Assembly (NCBI GenBank): GCA_018066715.1
Contig: JAGPWA010000099.1
Location: 35,860-99,859 of the forward strand
Direction: 5' to 3'
DNA: 64,000 nucleotides
Origin: Porticoccus sp.
Lineage (GTDB): Bacteria; Pseudomonadota; Gammaproteobacteria; Pseudomonadales; Porticoccaceae
The notes under the pieces were generated by a model that saw only the letters and a list, made by a program, of their open reading frames with translations, was not told the DNA's origin and searched no databases. The position numbers and the translations under genes are program-made. Below are positions 18,217 to 27,696 of this stretch, in pieces. Position 1 is the stretch's first letter. The number at the start of each line of letters is the position of its first letter.

Positions 18217-19377
18217 ATGGGTCAATTCAAGAAAGCCGCTCTCCCTCTTATAATTTTGCTTGCCGCCGTATTGGTGGTGGCAGGTTTGACAATGTCTCGT
18301 CCAAAGCCGCAACCACAGTTATTGAGTGAGCCGTCTGCACCAAAGGTAAAGGCCATGGTTGCCGAGCCAGGGCAGCAGCGAATAGTTGTTTATGCGCAAG
18401 GAACCGTACAGCCCAAACGAGAAATTGCGATGGCCGCACAGGTATCGGGGCTGGTGATTTCTGTCTCGGAAAACTTTGTTGATGGCGGTTTTTTCAAGCT
18501 GGGCGATATTTTATTACAGCTTGATTCTCGGGATTATCAAATTGAAGCGGTCAGAGCCAAATCACGTATTGCGGAGGCTGAGCAAGTTCTTGCCATGGAG
18601 CAGGGGCGTGCTCACCAGGCCAAGCGTGAATGGCGTGACTTAGGCAATAAGGCAGGAAATGCATTATTTCTACGCGAGCCGCAGCTGAAAGCGGCAAAAG
18701 CAGCCCTTGAGGCAGCAAAGGCTGATCTTGACCAGTCAAAAATTAACCTTGAGCGAACCACTATTGTGGCGCCATTTGATGGCCGAATCCGTGATATTCA
18801 GGTTAATGTTGGTCAATATCTGTCGGCCGGTATGAAGGTTGCGCAGGTGTTCGCTGCGGATACTGCTCAAATCCGGTTGCCGTTAACGTCCTCTCAGACG
18901 GGGTTGCTAAACTTACCATTACAGTCACATCAAGGTAATCAACTGCCCGTGAAGCTTTCTGCAATGCTCAGCGGTGAGCGCTATCAATGGCAGGGCGTGA
19001 TCTCTCGTACTGATGCCAGTATCGATACTCGTAGCCGGGTTATGTATGGAATTGTAGAGGTGGATAAGCCATTTGAGAGCAATCCACCATTGGTGGTAGG
19101 CCTGTTTGTGAATGCGGAAATATTAGGTCGAACCTTTGATGGGGTAATAGTGGTTCCACGCATGGCGCTTTACGAAAAAGACAAGCTGCTGATTGTGGGT
19201 GACGATAATAGGTTGAAAATCCAGCCAGTAAGAGTGTTGCAGGATCGAGAGGAAGCAGCGTTTGTTACTGGAGTAGAGGCCGGTGATATTGTTTTGCTCG
19301 ATCGGCCTGGCTATGTGGTAGAGGGGATGAAAATCTCTCCCGTTATATCAACGCCTGACGAATTGGTGGTTCAGTAA
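18217..19377 (+). CDS. RND efflux periplasmic adaptor (MFP/HlyD family)
   Basis: N-terminal TM anchor, coiled-coil hairpin (AKAALEAAKADLDQSKINLERTTIVAPFDGRI) and beta-barrel domain. It lies directly upstream of the RND pump. Confidence 0.9.
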   Translation: MGQFKKAALPLIILLAAVLVVAGLTMSRPKPQPQLLSEPSAPKVKAMVAEPGQQRIVVYAQGTVQPKREIAMAAQVSGLVISVSENFVDGGFFKLGDILLQLDSRDYQIEAVRAKSRIAEAEQVLAMEQGRAHQAKREWRDLGNKAGNALFLREPQLKAAKAALEAAKADLDQSKINLERTTIVAPFDGRIRDIQVNVGQYLSAGMKVAQVFAADTAQIRLPLTSSQTGLLNLPLQSHQGNQLPVKLSAMLSGERYQWQGVISRTDASIDTRSRVMYGIVEVDKPFESNPPLVVGLFVNAEILGRTFDGVIVVPRMALYEKDKLLIVGDDNRLKIQPVRVLQDREEAAFVTGVEAGDIVLLDRPGYVVEGMKISPVISTPDELVVQ

Positions 19378-19379
19378 TC

Positions 19380-22300
19380 ATGAGTACGGCTAGCAAAGGT
19401 CTTCTAGCTTGGTTTGTTAACAACCCCATTGCCTCTAATTTATTGATGTTGATGATTTTGGTGGGTGGCGTCACTAGCCTGCCAGACCTAGACAAAGAAA
19501 TGTTCCCAAAAATTCCACGGGATATTGTACAAGTTGTTGTTCCCTATCCGGGTGCGGGACCAAAAGAGGTCGAAGAGCAGATATGTACTCGGGTGGAAGA
19601 AGAAATTCACGACCTGGACGGTATTGAAGAGCTTCGCTCCTTTGCCTATCAGGGGGCGGGTCGCATAGAAGTTGAAGTAGCCGACGGCTATGACACCCAG
19701 AAACTACTCAATGACGTTAAAGCCCGAGTGGATGCCATCAGCACATTTCCGGTGAATTCTGAGCGCCCACAGATTAAGGAGATTCTCGCTAGAACCCAGC
19801 TACTCAGTATTGCGGTGGCCGGCCCACTTAATGAGTGGGACCTCAAACGATTGGCTGAGGATATCAGAGATGAAGTGATTGAATTACCTGGGGTGACTTT
19901 GGCCGAAATCGGGGGTACCCGGCCCGAAGAGGTTTCCGTTGAGGTCTCGGAAGAAACCCTGCGCAAATACCAGCTACGGTTTAACGATGTAGTCGAGGCT
20001 ATTCGTCGCTCCTCAATCAATTTGCCCGCCGGAGAGGTTCGTGAGCAAGCCGGCGACATTGTTCTTCAAACTCGTGGGCAGGCTTATAACCGGCAGGATT
20101 TTGAAAATATTGTGGTGCTGCGTAATGCGGACGGTACGCAAGTTCACCTTGGGGAGATAGCTCATATTAATGATGGCTTTGCCGAACAGGATATCGTGTC
20201 CAAGTTTAATGGTAAGCCCGCTGTTTTCATCAACCTGTTTAATACGCGTAATCCAGATGTGATTACGACCTCAGATGCTGTCAGGAAGTATGTCGAACAG
20301 AAGGTTCCTACTTTGCAGCATGGTGTTGAGCTGGTGGTATGGCGAGATCTTTCCGTCTACCTCAGCAGCCGGATTGATTTACTACTGCGTAATGGACTGG
20401 GCGGGCTCTTGCTAGTGTTTATTTTGCTTGTGCTGTTTTTGCGCCCAGCCTTGGCGTTTTGGGTAGCAGCAGGGATTGGTATCTCCTATTTGGGCACCCT
20501 GTGGCTGATGCCTTATTTCGGCATTAGTGTAAACGTAGTATCAATGTTCGCTTTCCTGCTCATTCTAGGGATTGTGGTAGACGATGCGATTGTGGTGGGT
20601 GAAAGTGTTTACTCCCATTACGAGCGTGGGCTTAGTGGTCACGATAGTGCTGCCATAGGCGCTAAATCGGTTTCCAAGCCGGTGACCTTTGCCGTTATTA
20701 CCACCATTATCGTTTTTGTACCGATGTTGCTGCTACCGGGCGATTCCACCAAGCTAATGGTGGTGATGCCGAAGGTGGCAATTATTGCTCTGGCATTTTC
20801 ACTGGTCGAGTCTTTTCTGATTTTACCCGCGCACCTGCGCCACCTGAAACCGGAGAAGGAGCCTCGGTGGTTGATTGCACGATGGGTCTATCATGCCCGT
20901 CAAAAAGTATCGGCACAGTTAAAAAGCTTTGCAGAAAATCAATACAGACCCTTTCTGGAGCGTTCCCTGCGGCATGCTCATATCACCATAGCCTCTTTTG
21001 TGGCTGTATTGATCATTGTATTAGGTCTATTTTTCAGTGGTTGGTTACGGGTCTCTTTCTTCCCCGTTGTTGAGGGTGAGTACCTGCGTGCAACGGTTGA
21101 GCTGCAAGAGGGCAGTGGCTTCAAGCGATCGCTAGAAATTATGGAGCAGCTAGAGCAGGCCGTGAAGACACTGAAAAAGGAACCATTGTTAATCAGTGAA
21201 AGCGGCCAATCGATGCTGAAAAATCACTACGCTGAAAGCAATGAAAACAATGTATTTATTATGCTCGAGCTCTCGAGTAATGAAACTCGATCAGTCTCAT
21301 CTAAAGATGTGGCTGGGTTATGGCTAAAGCACATTGGTTCAGTAGAAAATGTGGAAGAGTTCGATGTTGAATATACGCTGATGGGCAAGCCAAAGGATAT
21401 TAACCTAATACTGAAAGGTCGGAGCATTAATGAGCTTCAGGCCGCTACGGACGATATTGAAACAGCTTTATTGAGCTATCCCGGCGTTTACAATATGTCT
21501 AATTCTATTCGCTCAGCGCGCAAAGAAATTGAAATTAGCCTTAAAGATAATGCGGATACGTTAGGGGTTGGGCTCAGTGATATCGCCGGCCAGCTTCGCA
21601 ATGCCTTCTACGGCGCTGAAGCTCAGCGGATTCCCCGTGAGCGTGAAGACGTTAAGGTGATGGTGCGCTACCCTATCGATGAGCGTGCTTCAGTGGCATC
21701 ACTGGACGATATGCGGATTCGCACTTCCGATAGCCGTGAGTTGCCATTCAATGCCGTAGCCGATGCAAAGTTTGTTCCCGGCTATTCTGAGATTAAACGT
21801 CGTGATCGGATGCGCATGGTCGAGATCAAGGGTGAGTTAGCCAAGGGTTCTGCCTCAGCCAATGAGATTGTTTTTGCGCTAAAAAAACAATACTGGCCCG
21901 AGCTGGAAGAAAAATATCCAGGAATATCCATGGAGATTGATGGGGCCCAAAAAGATCAGGCTGAATTTGAAACAGGATTCCTGCAATTGATGGCGCTGGC
22001 CTTGCTGGCAATTTATGCAATTTTGGCCGTAGAATTTCGTTCATATTGGCAGCCAATGATTATTCTCAGTGCGGTGCCCTTTGGTGTTGCCGGTGCGATC
22101 ATAGGCCACCTTTTGCTGGGCAAGGACATCAGTATGCCTTCGATGATGGGGGTGTTGGCAGCGGCAGGTGTTGTGGTCAACGATAACTTGGTACTGATTG
22201 ATCGCATCAACCAGCTGGCGAAAGAGGGCTGGAAGCCTTTTGAAGCAGTGGTGCAGGGAGCGCGAGATCGCTTCCGTCCTATTGTATTAACATCACTCAC

Positions 22301-22511
22301 CACCTTTTTTGGGCTGATGCCCATTCTGTTTGAGCGAAGTGCTCAGGCACAGTTTCTGATTCCAATGGTCATCTCTTTGGCCTTTGGTGTGTTGCTGGCA
22401 TCGTTTGTCACCCTTTTATTGGTACCATCAATTTATGTGTCAGGGGAAAGGGTAAAAGCAATGCTCAGAGACTGGCGAAAAGATGCTGCTATCCCAGAGG
22501 AGCTTGGCTAG
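19380..22511 (+). CDS. RND efflux permease (AcrB/AcrD/AcrF family)
   Basis: 1043 aa with 12-TM architecture and two large periplasmic loops. Motifs include LGIVVDDAIVV and GVVVNDNLVLID. Confidence 0.95.
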   Translation: MSTASKGLLAWFVNNPIASNLLMLMILVGGVTSLPDLDKEMFPKIPRDIVQVVVPYPGAGPKEVEEQICTRVEEEIHDLDGIEELRSFAYQGAGRIEVEVADGYDTQKLLNDVKARVDAISTFPVNSERPQIKEILARTQLLSIAVAGPLNEWDLKRLAEDIRDEVIELPGVTLAEIGGTRPEEVSVEVSEETLRKYQLRFNDVVEAIRRSSINLPAGEVREQAGDIVLQTRGQAYNRQDFENIVVLRNADGTQVHLGEIAHINDGFAEQDIVSKFNGKPAVFINLFNTRNPDVITTSDAVRKYVEQKVPTLQHGVELVVWRDLSVYLSSRIDLLLRNGLGGLLLVFILLVLFLRPALAFWVAAGIGISYLGTLWLMPYFGISVNVVSMFAFLLILGIVVDDAIVVGESVYSHYERGLSGHDSAAIGAKSVSKPVTFAVITTIIVFVPMLLLPGDSTKLMVVMPKVAIIALAFSLVESFLILPAHLRHLKPEKEPRWLIARWVYHARQKVSAQLKSFAENQYRPFLERSLRHAHITIASFVAVLIIVLGLFFSGWLRVSFFPVVEGEYLRATVELQEGSGFKRSLEIMEQLEQAVKTLKKEPLLISESGQSMLKNHYAESNENNVFIMLELSSNETRSVSSKDVAGLWLKHIGSVENVEEFDVEYTLMGKPKDINLILKGRSINELQAATDDIETALLSYPGVYNMSNSIRSARKEIEISLKDNADTLGVGLSDIAGQLRNAFYGAEAQRIPREREDVKVMVRYPIDERASVASLDDMRIRTSDSRELPFNAVADAKFVPGYSEIKRRDRMRMVEIKGELAKGSASANEIVFALKKQYWPELEEKYPGISMEIDGAQKDQAEFETGFLQLMALALLAIYAILAVEFRSYWQPMIILSAVPFGVAGAIIGHLLLGKDISMPSMMGVLAAAGVVVNDNLVLIDRINQLAKEGWKPFEAVVQGARDRFRPIVLTSLTTFFGLMPILFERSAQAQFLIPMVISLAFGVLLASFVTLLLVPSIYVSGERVKAMLRDWRKDAAIPEELG

Positions 22512-22563
22512 TGCTTATAGCTGAGCCATGTATGACTAGCGTTATAACGTTGATTGAGAAGCG

Positions 22564-23043
22564 ATGAATCCAATAATTACAGCAACTGGCTTAGCCATGA
22601 TCATCCAGTTATCTGTCGCGCCAGTCTTTCTATTGGCGGGCATCGCTGGTTTTCTAAATGTCATGTCTGGTCGTTTAGGTCGGATTGTTGATCGTGCTCG
22701 AGTGGTCGAGCAGCGGGAAGCAAGTTTGCGTGACACTTCACAGCAGGCCGCGTATCACAGAGAGCTGGTGGTATTGTGGCGTCGGATCAATATTATTAAC
22801 TGGGCCATCGCGCTTTGTACCACCTCGGGGTTGTTGGTCTGTATATTGATTGTCAGCCTTTTTGTGGGCGGTTTTTGGGAATTAAATATTGGTGGTTTGA
22901 TTGTTGGGCTTTTTGTTCTTGCATTAGTGGTGTTGATTATGGCGTTGATGTTTTTTCTTAAGGAGGTTCAGTTGGCAAAGCGAGTCTTGCGTATGGGGCG
23001 AGAGGTTATTGTGGAAGCAGCCAGTTCTAAAGAGCATTCCTGA
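22564..23043 (+). CDS. DUF2721-family membrane protein
   Basis: QLSVAPVFLLAGIAGFLNVMSGRLGRIVDR is characteristic of DUF2721. 3 TM. Confidence 0.7.
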   Translation: MNPIITATGLAMIIQLSVAPVFLLAGIAGFLNVMSGRLGRIVDRARVVEQREASLRDTSQQAAYHRELVVLWRRINIINWAIALCTTSGLLVCILIVSLFVGGFWELNIGGLIVGLFVLALVVLIMALMFFLKEVQLAKRVLRMGREVIVEAASSKEHS

Positions 23044-23109
23044 GCATGCTAAAACATTCCAGCATGGGAGTGAGTCACCTTATATAAGCACTTCAATCTA
23101 AGGCATTAC

Positions 23110-25080
23110 TCAGGAACGTTGAATCCCATATTTTTTTAACTTGATATAAAGCGTACTCTTGGCAATGTTCAGTTGCTTGGCGACTTTAGTTAAGTTGCCA
23201 TCCTGCTCTCGAATGGTGCGAGTAATCACATCTTTCTCTGCTAAATCTAAAGGGTTACTGTCCTCTTCATCAACAATTTCTCCAGATGAGGTGATGAAGC
23301 CTTTGGGTAAATCCTCAGGCCCCAGCGCCTCCTGATCAGAAAGAAAGAATGTTGCTGTGATCAGGTTGCTGAGCTCCCGGATATTACCCGGCCAGGAATG
23401 TTTTTCCAGCAGTTCAAGCAGGGACTTGCTCAGACGTCTCTCCCCACCGGAATGCTGCTCTAGTAGGTTGGAAAAAATATTCTCGGCCAGCAGTGATACA
23501 TCACCCTTTCTTTCTCGTAGGGGTGGAATTGTTAGCGTCATGGAAGAGATTCGGTAGTAGAGGTCCATCCGGAAACGACCTTCGGCCACTTCTTGAGCTA
23601 GGTCTCGATTAGTGGCAGCAATCAGCCGAAAGTTGACTTTGCGTGGCCTTGTTTCACCGACTCTGCAGATCTCAGATTCTTGCAACACTCGTAAAAACAT
23701 GGGTTGTAGGTCAAGGGGCATTTCACCGATTTCGTCCAGAAATAGTGTGCCACCATTAGCCGCTTCTATCTTGCCAGGCATTCCGCCACGACGAGCCCCG
23801 GTAAATGCGCCTTCTACATGGCCAAACAGTTCGCCGGCTAGCAGGTCTCGTGATAAGCCTCCGCAGTTGAGAGCAACGAACTCGCCATTCTGGGTTTTTC
23901 CTTCCTCGTGCATTGCTCTGGCAAACAGCTCTTTACCGACACCAGTTTCTCCCTGTAAGAGAACGGGGATAGGTGCTTTTGCCAAGCGCTTTGCTTGCTG
24001 TACAGCCGTTTGAAATATTCGACTTTGACCGATCAGCCGAGAAAACCCTGTAGTTTCATCAGGCGCTGGTGTGCTGGCAGGGCTATTGCTGGATGTGGCT
24101 TGGGGGTGTCGTGATGGCAGTGCGATGACGGCCAAGTAGCCAATAGCGTCCCCTTGATGTATCACCGGTTCGACCCAGCGTTGATCAATTTGATTCAGAA
24201 CAGATACTGACTCAGCAAAGTAGTCCCCTTCGTCGTTGAGCGTGAGAATAGGGTTATATGGTGTGAGATTTATTCTTATGCCTCGTGCCGCAAGGACTCT
24301 GTCAGCCTGTGGGTTGGCGCGGACTAGTTTGCCGTCCAAATCAAACAGTAGGACGCCATCATTGCCTGATGAGGTGAAGCGGTTGATGGTCACGCCAAGG
24401 AGGGTGTCCCTTTTGGCTAGTTTCAGTTGCGCAAACTGCCCTTCGATTCTGCGGGCGCCTGATAGGGCTAAAGCCAAGCAATAGTCGTGAAGCGTATTTT
24501 CAAGACCTGAAATGTTTACCGCGCCCAGGAGGCGTTTTTCAAAGGGGTCTCTGATCACCGCAGCAGAGCAAGTCCAGCGGCTGATGTCTTCACAGTAATG
24601 TTCAAAGGCATGAACCTGAACGGGGGCGGCATTATTAAGTGCAGTGCCAATGGCATTGGTGCCTGCGGCGTGTTCAGACCAGTTGGCTCCAGGGATGAGG
24701 TTGTAATTTCCGGCCAGCTCTAGAGTAGCCGGGTCTCCCTCGTAATTCAGGATCGTCCCCGATGGTGCTACTAGGTGCATGATGGTGCCAGACTCCGCCA
24801 GCAACTCTTTGACCTCAGACATAATGATGTCTGAGGCTGAAATCAGTTCTTGGTTTTGTTGTCTAAGATTGTGGAGCTGGTCTCCGTTGAGCTCAAGGCT
24901 TCGCTTGGCCACCAGGGGGTCAACGTGTCCATCCATACACCTTTCCCAGGAGTCCTTGATAACCGGGCGTACTGTATCATCGGTCAGGTCGCCGCCGGTT
25001 TGGAGTTTTTCTCGCGCAGTGGCGATACGTGTCGGGTGTGAGACAGCAGTAGAGCCTTTTAGGGATGAATCATTCGTCAT
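23110..25080 (-). CDS. acxR: Sigma-54-dependent transcriptional activator, AcoR/AcxR type (GAF + AAA+ + Fis HTH)
   Basis: AAA+ motifs GETGVGKE, the GAFTGA loop (EGAFTGARRGG) and DEIGEMP, plus the C-terminal HTH NLTKVAKQLNIAKSTLYIKLKKYGI. It is divergent from the acetone carboxylase genes, which carry a -24/-12 promoter. Confidence 0.85.
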   Translation of the reverse strand: MTNDSSLKGSTAVSHPTRIATAREKLQTGGDLTDDTVRPVIKDSWERCMDGHVDPLVAKRSLELNGDQLHNLRQQNQELISASDIIMSEVKELLAESGTIMHLVAPSGTILNYEGDPATLELAGNYNLIPGANWSEHAAGTNAIGTALNNAAPVQVHAFEHYCEDISRWTCSAAVIRDPFEKRLLGAVNISGLENTLHDYCLALALSGARRIEGQFAQLKLAKRDTLLGVTINRFTSSGNDGVLLFDLDGKLVRANPQADRVLAARGIRINLTPYNPILTLNDEGDYFAESVSVLNQIDQRWVEPVIHQGDAIGYLAVIALPSRHPQATSSNSPASTPAPDETTGFSRLIGQSRIFQTAVQQAKRLAKAPIPVLLQGETGVGKELFARAMHEEGKTQNGEFVALNCGGLSRDLLAGELFGHVEGAFTGARRGGMPGKIEAANGGTLFLDEIGEMPLDLQPMFLRVLQESEICRVGETRPRKVNFRLIAATNRDLAQEVAEGRFRMDLYYRISSMTLTIPPLRERKGDVSLLAENIFSNLLEQHSGGERRLSKSLLELLEKHSWPGNIRELSNLITATFFLSDQEALGPEDLPKGFITSSGEIVDEEDSNPLDLAEKDVITRTIREQDGNLTKVAKQLNIAKSTLYIKLKKYGIQRS

Positions 25081-25243
25081 GGCACAATCCGCAGAATACG
25101 TTTTACAGTTAGGATTGTACGATTATAGAGCAGGAAGGGCTGTCTTGTCCTACTTCTAGTAGCAGCGGTTGTTTACCCTATAGTTCAGCCTAAACCTGAG
25201 ACACGCTCTACAGTTTTATTGGACACCCCCCTAACACCATGCT

Positions 25244-25260
25244 TTAATCGGTTCGATTAA
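25244..25260. promoter_or_regulatory. Candidate upstream activator site (perfect 7-3-7 palindrome)
   Basis: ttaatcg-gtt-cgattaa lies ~115 bp upstream of the -24/-12 element, a typical distance for bEBP binding sites. There is no second copy to compare. Confidence 0.3.
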
Positions 25261-25362
25261 TGATCGGTCGATGACTGAAATTCAAACGTTTCAGGAGTTT
25301 TTGACCGCAGAATTAAGCAGTAGTTTTTTGTAAGCCAATAAAATCTAATGATAATTTCTCAT

Positions 25363-25378
25363 TGGCACGGCTGTTGCA
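25363..25378 (+). promoter_or_regulatory. Sigma-54 (-24/-12) promoter of acxABC
   Basis: TGGCAC-ggctg-TTGCA matches the TGGCAC-N5-TTGCW consensus exactly. It lies ~110 bp upstream of the acxA start and next to a divergent bEBP gene. Confidence 0.8.
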
Positions 25379-25487
25379 ATAGTCGTATCCGAGGGTACTC
25401 CCGTCCCCGGATCGCAGTGAACTAACCTGTCGATTTTAAGTGTGGCAGGGAGTAGAAGTTAACAACTCATAATTAGAGGATATAAAC

Positions 25488-27632
25488 TTGAATGATTTAA
25501 CTAATCCCGTCGAGGTCCTAGGGATCGATGCTGGCGGCACGATGACAGATACATTCTTTGTGCGTAGAGATGGCGAATTCGTTGTCGGTAAAGCCCAGAG
25601 TGATAGCGACGAAGCAAATGCAGTGCTGGAATCCAGTAAAGATGCACTGGCTCACTGGGGTCGTGAAATACAAGACGTATACCCAGAAATGGTTACCTGT
25701 GTATTCTCTGGTACAGCCATGCTCAACCGTGTTGTTGGCCGTAAAGGTCTTCGCACTGGCTTGATCGTAAGTAAAGGTTTTGAAGATTTCCACCGTATGG
25801 GTCGTGCGCTTCAGTGCTACCTGGGTTACGCGTTTGAAGATCGCCTTCACCTTAACACTCACCGTTATGATGAGCCTCTGGTTCACATTCACGATACTCG
25901 CGGCGTAACCGAGCGTATTGATTCTAAAGGTGTTGTTGTAATTCCTGTACGTCTTCATGAAGCACGCACAGCGGCTGAAGAACTGATCGATCAAGGCGTT
26001 AAAGCAATTGCTATCAGCCTGATCAGCTCTTACCTGAATGGCGAACACGAAACAGCTATTCGCGATGTAGTGTTGGAAGTAGCTAAAGAAAAGGGTGTTG
26101 ATCTCCCTGTTTTTGCTTCTGTTGATTACTACCCAGTACGTAAAGAAAGTCACCGTACTAACACAACTATCTTGGAAGCGTATGCTGCAGAGCCTTCACG
26201 TAAAATCCTTGGTCAGTTGAGCGATCGCATGAAAGCTGAAGGTGCTACCTTTGACTTGCGTGTAATGGCTACCCACGGCGGTACTATTGGCTGGAAAGCA
26301 AAAGAGCTGGCTCGTTCACTGGTATCTGGTCCAATCGGTGGTGTAATCGGTGCTAAGTACCTGGGTGAGCAACTCGGCTACGAAAACATCGCATGTTCCG
26401 ACATTGGCGGTACTAGCTTCGATATGGCTTTGATCACTCAAGGCAACTACTCTATCCATAAAGATAGCGACATGGCTCGTTTGGTTCTGTCTCTGCCTAT
26501 GGTTGCGATGGATACTATCGGTGCAGGTGCAGGTAGTTTTGTTCGTATCGACCCTTACTCTCTGTCCATTAAATTGGGTCCTGATAGTGCGGGTTACCGT
26601 GTAGGTACTTGCTGGCCAGAAGGCGGTCTGGATACAGTTTCTGTAACAGATTGTCACATCATCCTTGGTTACCTGAACCCAGATAACTTCCTTGGTGGTA
26701 TTCTGGATCTGGACGTGCCTCGTGCTTTCCAGTGTGTTAAAGACCAAATCGCTGATCCACTCGGCTTGACTGTAGAAGACGCAGCTGCTGGTGTAATCGA
26801 ACTGCTTGACCTTTCTTTGCGTCAGCACCTTCGTGCGATGATTACCAGTAAGGGTTACAGCCCACGTGACTTCGTGTGCTTCTCCTACGGTGGTGGTGGT
26901 CCAGTTCACGCCTACGGTTACACCAAAGGCTTGGGCTTTAAAGAAACTATCGTTCCTGCTTGGGCTGCTGGTTTCTCTGCATTTGGTTGTGCTACTGCAG
27001 ACTTCGAATATCGTTACGATAAGAGTGTTGACGTTGGTATTAACGACGAATCATCTGAAGAAGATATCGAAGTAGCTTGTCTGAAATTGCAATCAGCTTG
27101 GGACGAACTGAAAGTTAAAGTTCTGGAAGAGTTTGCAATTAATGGATTTGATGAGTCAGCCGTTACTCTGAGCCCTGGCTACAGCATGCAGTACATGGGT
27201 CAGCTTAACGACCTGGAAATTGAATCACCTGTAGCAAACATCTCTGGTAAAGAAGATTGGCCTGCGCTGGTTCAAGCATTCGATGATACTTATGCTCGTG
27301 TTTATGCTGATGCGGCTCGTTCTCCTGAGTTGGGCTTTGGTATTACTGGTGCGATCCTTCGTGGTTCGGTTGAAACCAGCAAGCCAAATATTCCTAAAGA
27401 GCCAATGTCTGGTCCTACTCCTCCTGAAGCGGCGGTTCTGGGCAAGCGTAAGTTCTATGACAATCGCGTATGGGTTGAAGCGGATCTGTTCCACATGGAA
27501 TCTCTCCTTCCAGGTAACAACATCGTTGGTCCAGCCGTAATTGAATCTGATGCGACTACTTTTGTAGTGCCGACTGGTTTCGCAACCAATCTGGATGAGC
27601 ACCGTTTGTTCCACCTGGTTGAAACAGGCTAG
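25488..27632 (+). CDS. acxA: Acetone carboxylase beta subunit (hydantoinase A/oxoprolinase family)
   Basis: 714 aa. Contains the N-terminal GIDAGGTMTD actin-fold ATPase motif and DIGGTSFD. Size and order (714/780/166 aa) match the beta/alpha/gamma subunits of acetone carboxylase. Confidence 0.88.
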   Translation: MNDLTNPVEVLGIDAGGTMTDTFFVRRDGEFVVGKAQSDSDEANAVLESSKDALAHWGREIQDVYPEMVTCVFSGTAMLNRVVGRKGLRTGLIVSKGFEDFHRMGRALQCYLGYAFEDRLHLNTHRYDEPLVHIHDTRGVTERIDSKGVVVIPVRLHEARTAAEELIDQGVKAIAISLISSYLNGEHETAIRDVVLEVAKEKGVDLPVFASVDYYPVRKESHRTNTTILEAYAAEPSRKILGQLSDRMKAEGATFDLRVMATHGGTIGWKAKELARSLVSGPIGGVIGAKYLGEQLGYENIACSDIGGTSFDMALITQGNYSIHKDSDMARLVLSLPMVAMDTIGAGAGSFVRIDPYSLSIKLGPDSAGYRVGTCWPEGGLDTVSVTDCHIILGYLNPDNFLGGILDLDVPRAFQCVKDQIADPLGLTVEDAAAGVIELLDLSLRQHLRAMITSKGYSPRDFVCFSYGGGGPVHAYGYTKGLGFKETIVPAWAAGFSAFGCATADFEYRYDKSVDVGINDESSEEDIEVACLKLQSAWDELKVKVLEEFAINGFDESAVTLSPGYSMQYMGQLNDLEIESPVANISGKEDWPALVQAFDDTYARVYADAARSPELGFGITGAILRGSVETSKPNIPKEPMSGPTPPEAAVLGKRKFYDNRVWVEADLFHMESLLPGNNIVGPAVIESDATTFVVPTGFATNLDEHRLFHLVETG

Positions 27633-27696
27633 GGTCACAGCATCTAAAAGATTATTTACGTCAATTTCATAGACGAAAAGATACAGAGGATAACAA

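Noticed and set aside
25180-25265. tRNA-like fragments (tagttcagcc and ggttcgatta) upstream of acxA.
   Set aside because: No acceptor stem, anticodon arm or complete T arm can be drawn. ggttcgatta is simply half of the 7-3-7 palindrome.
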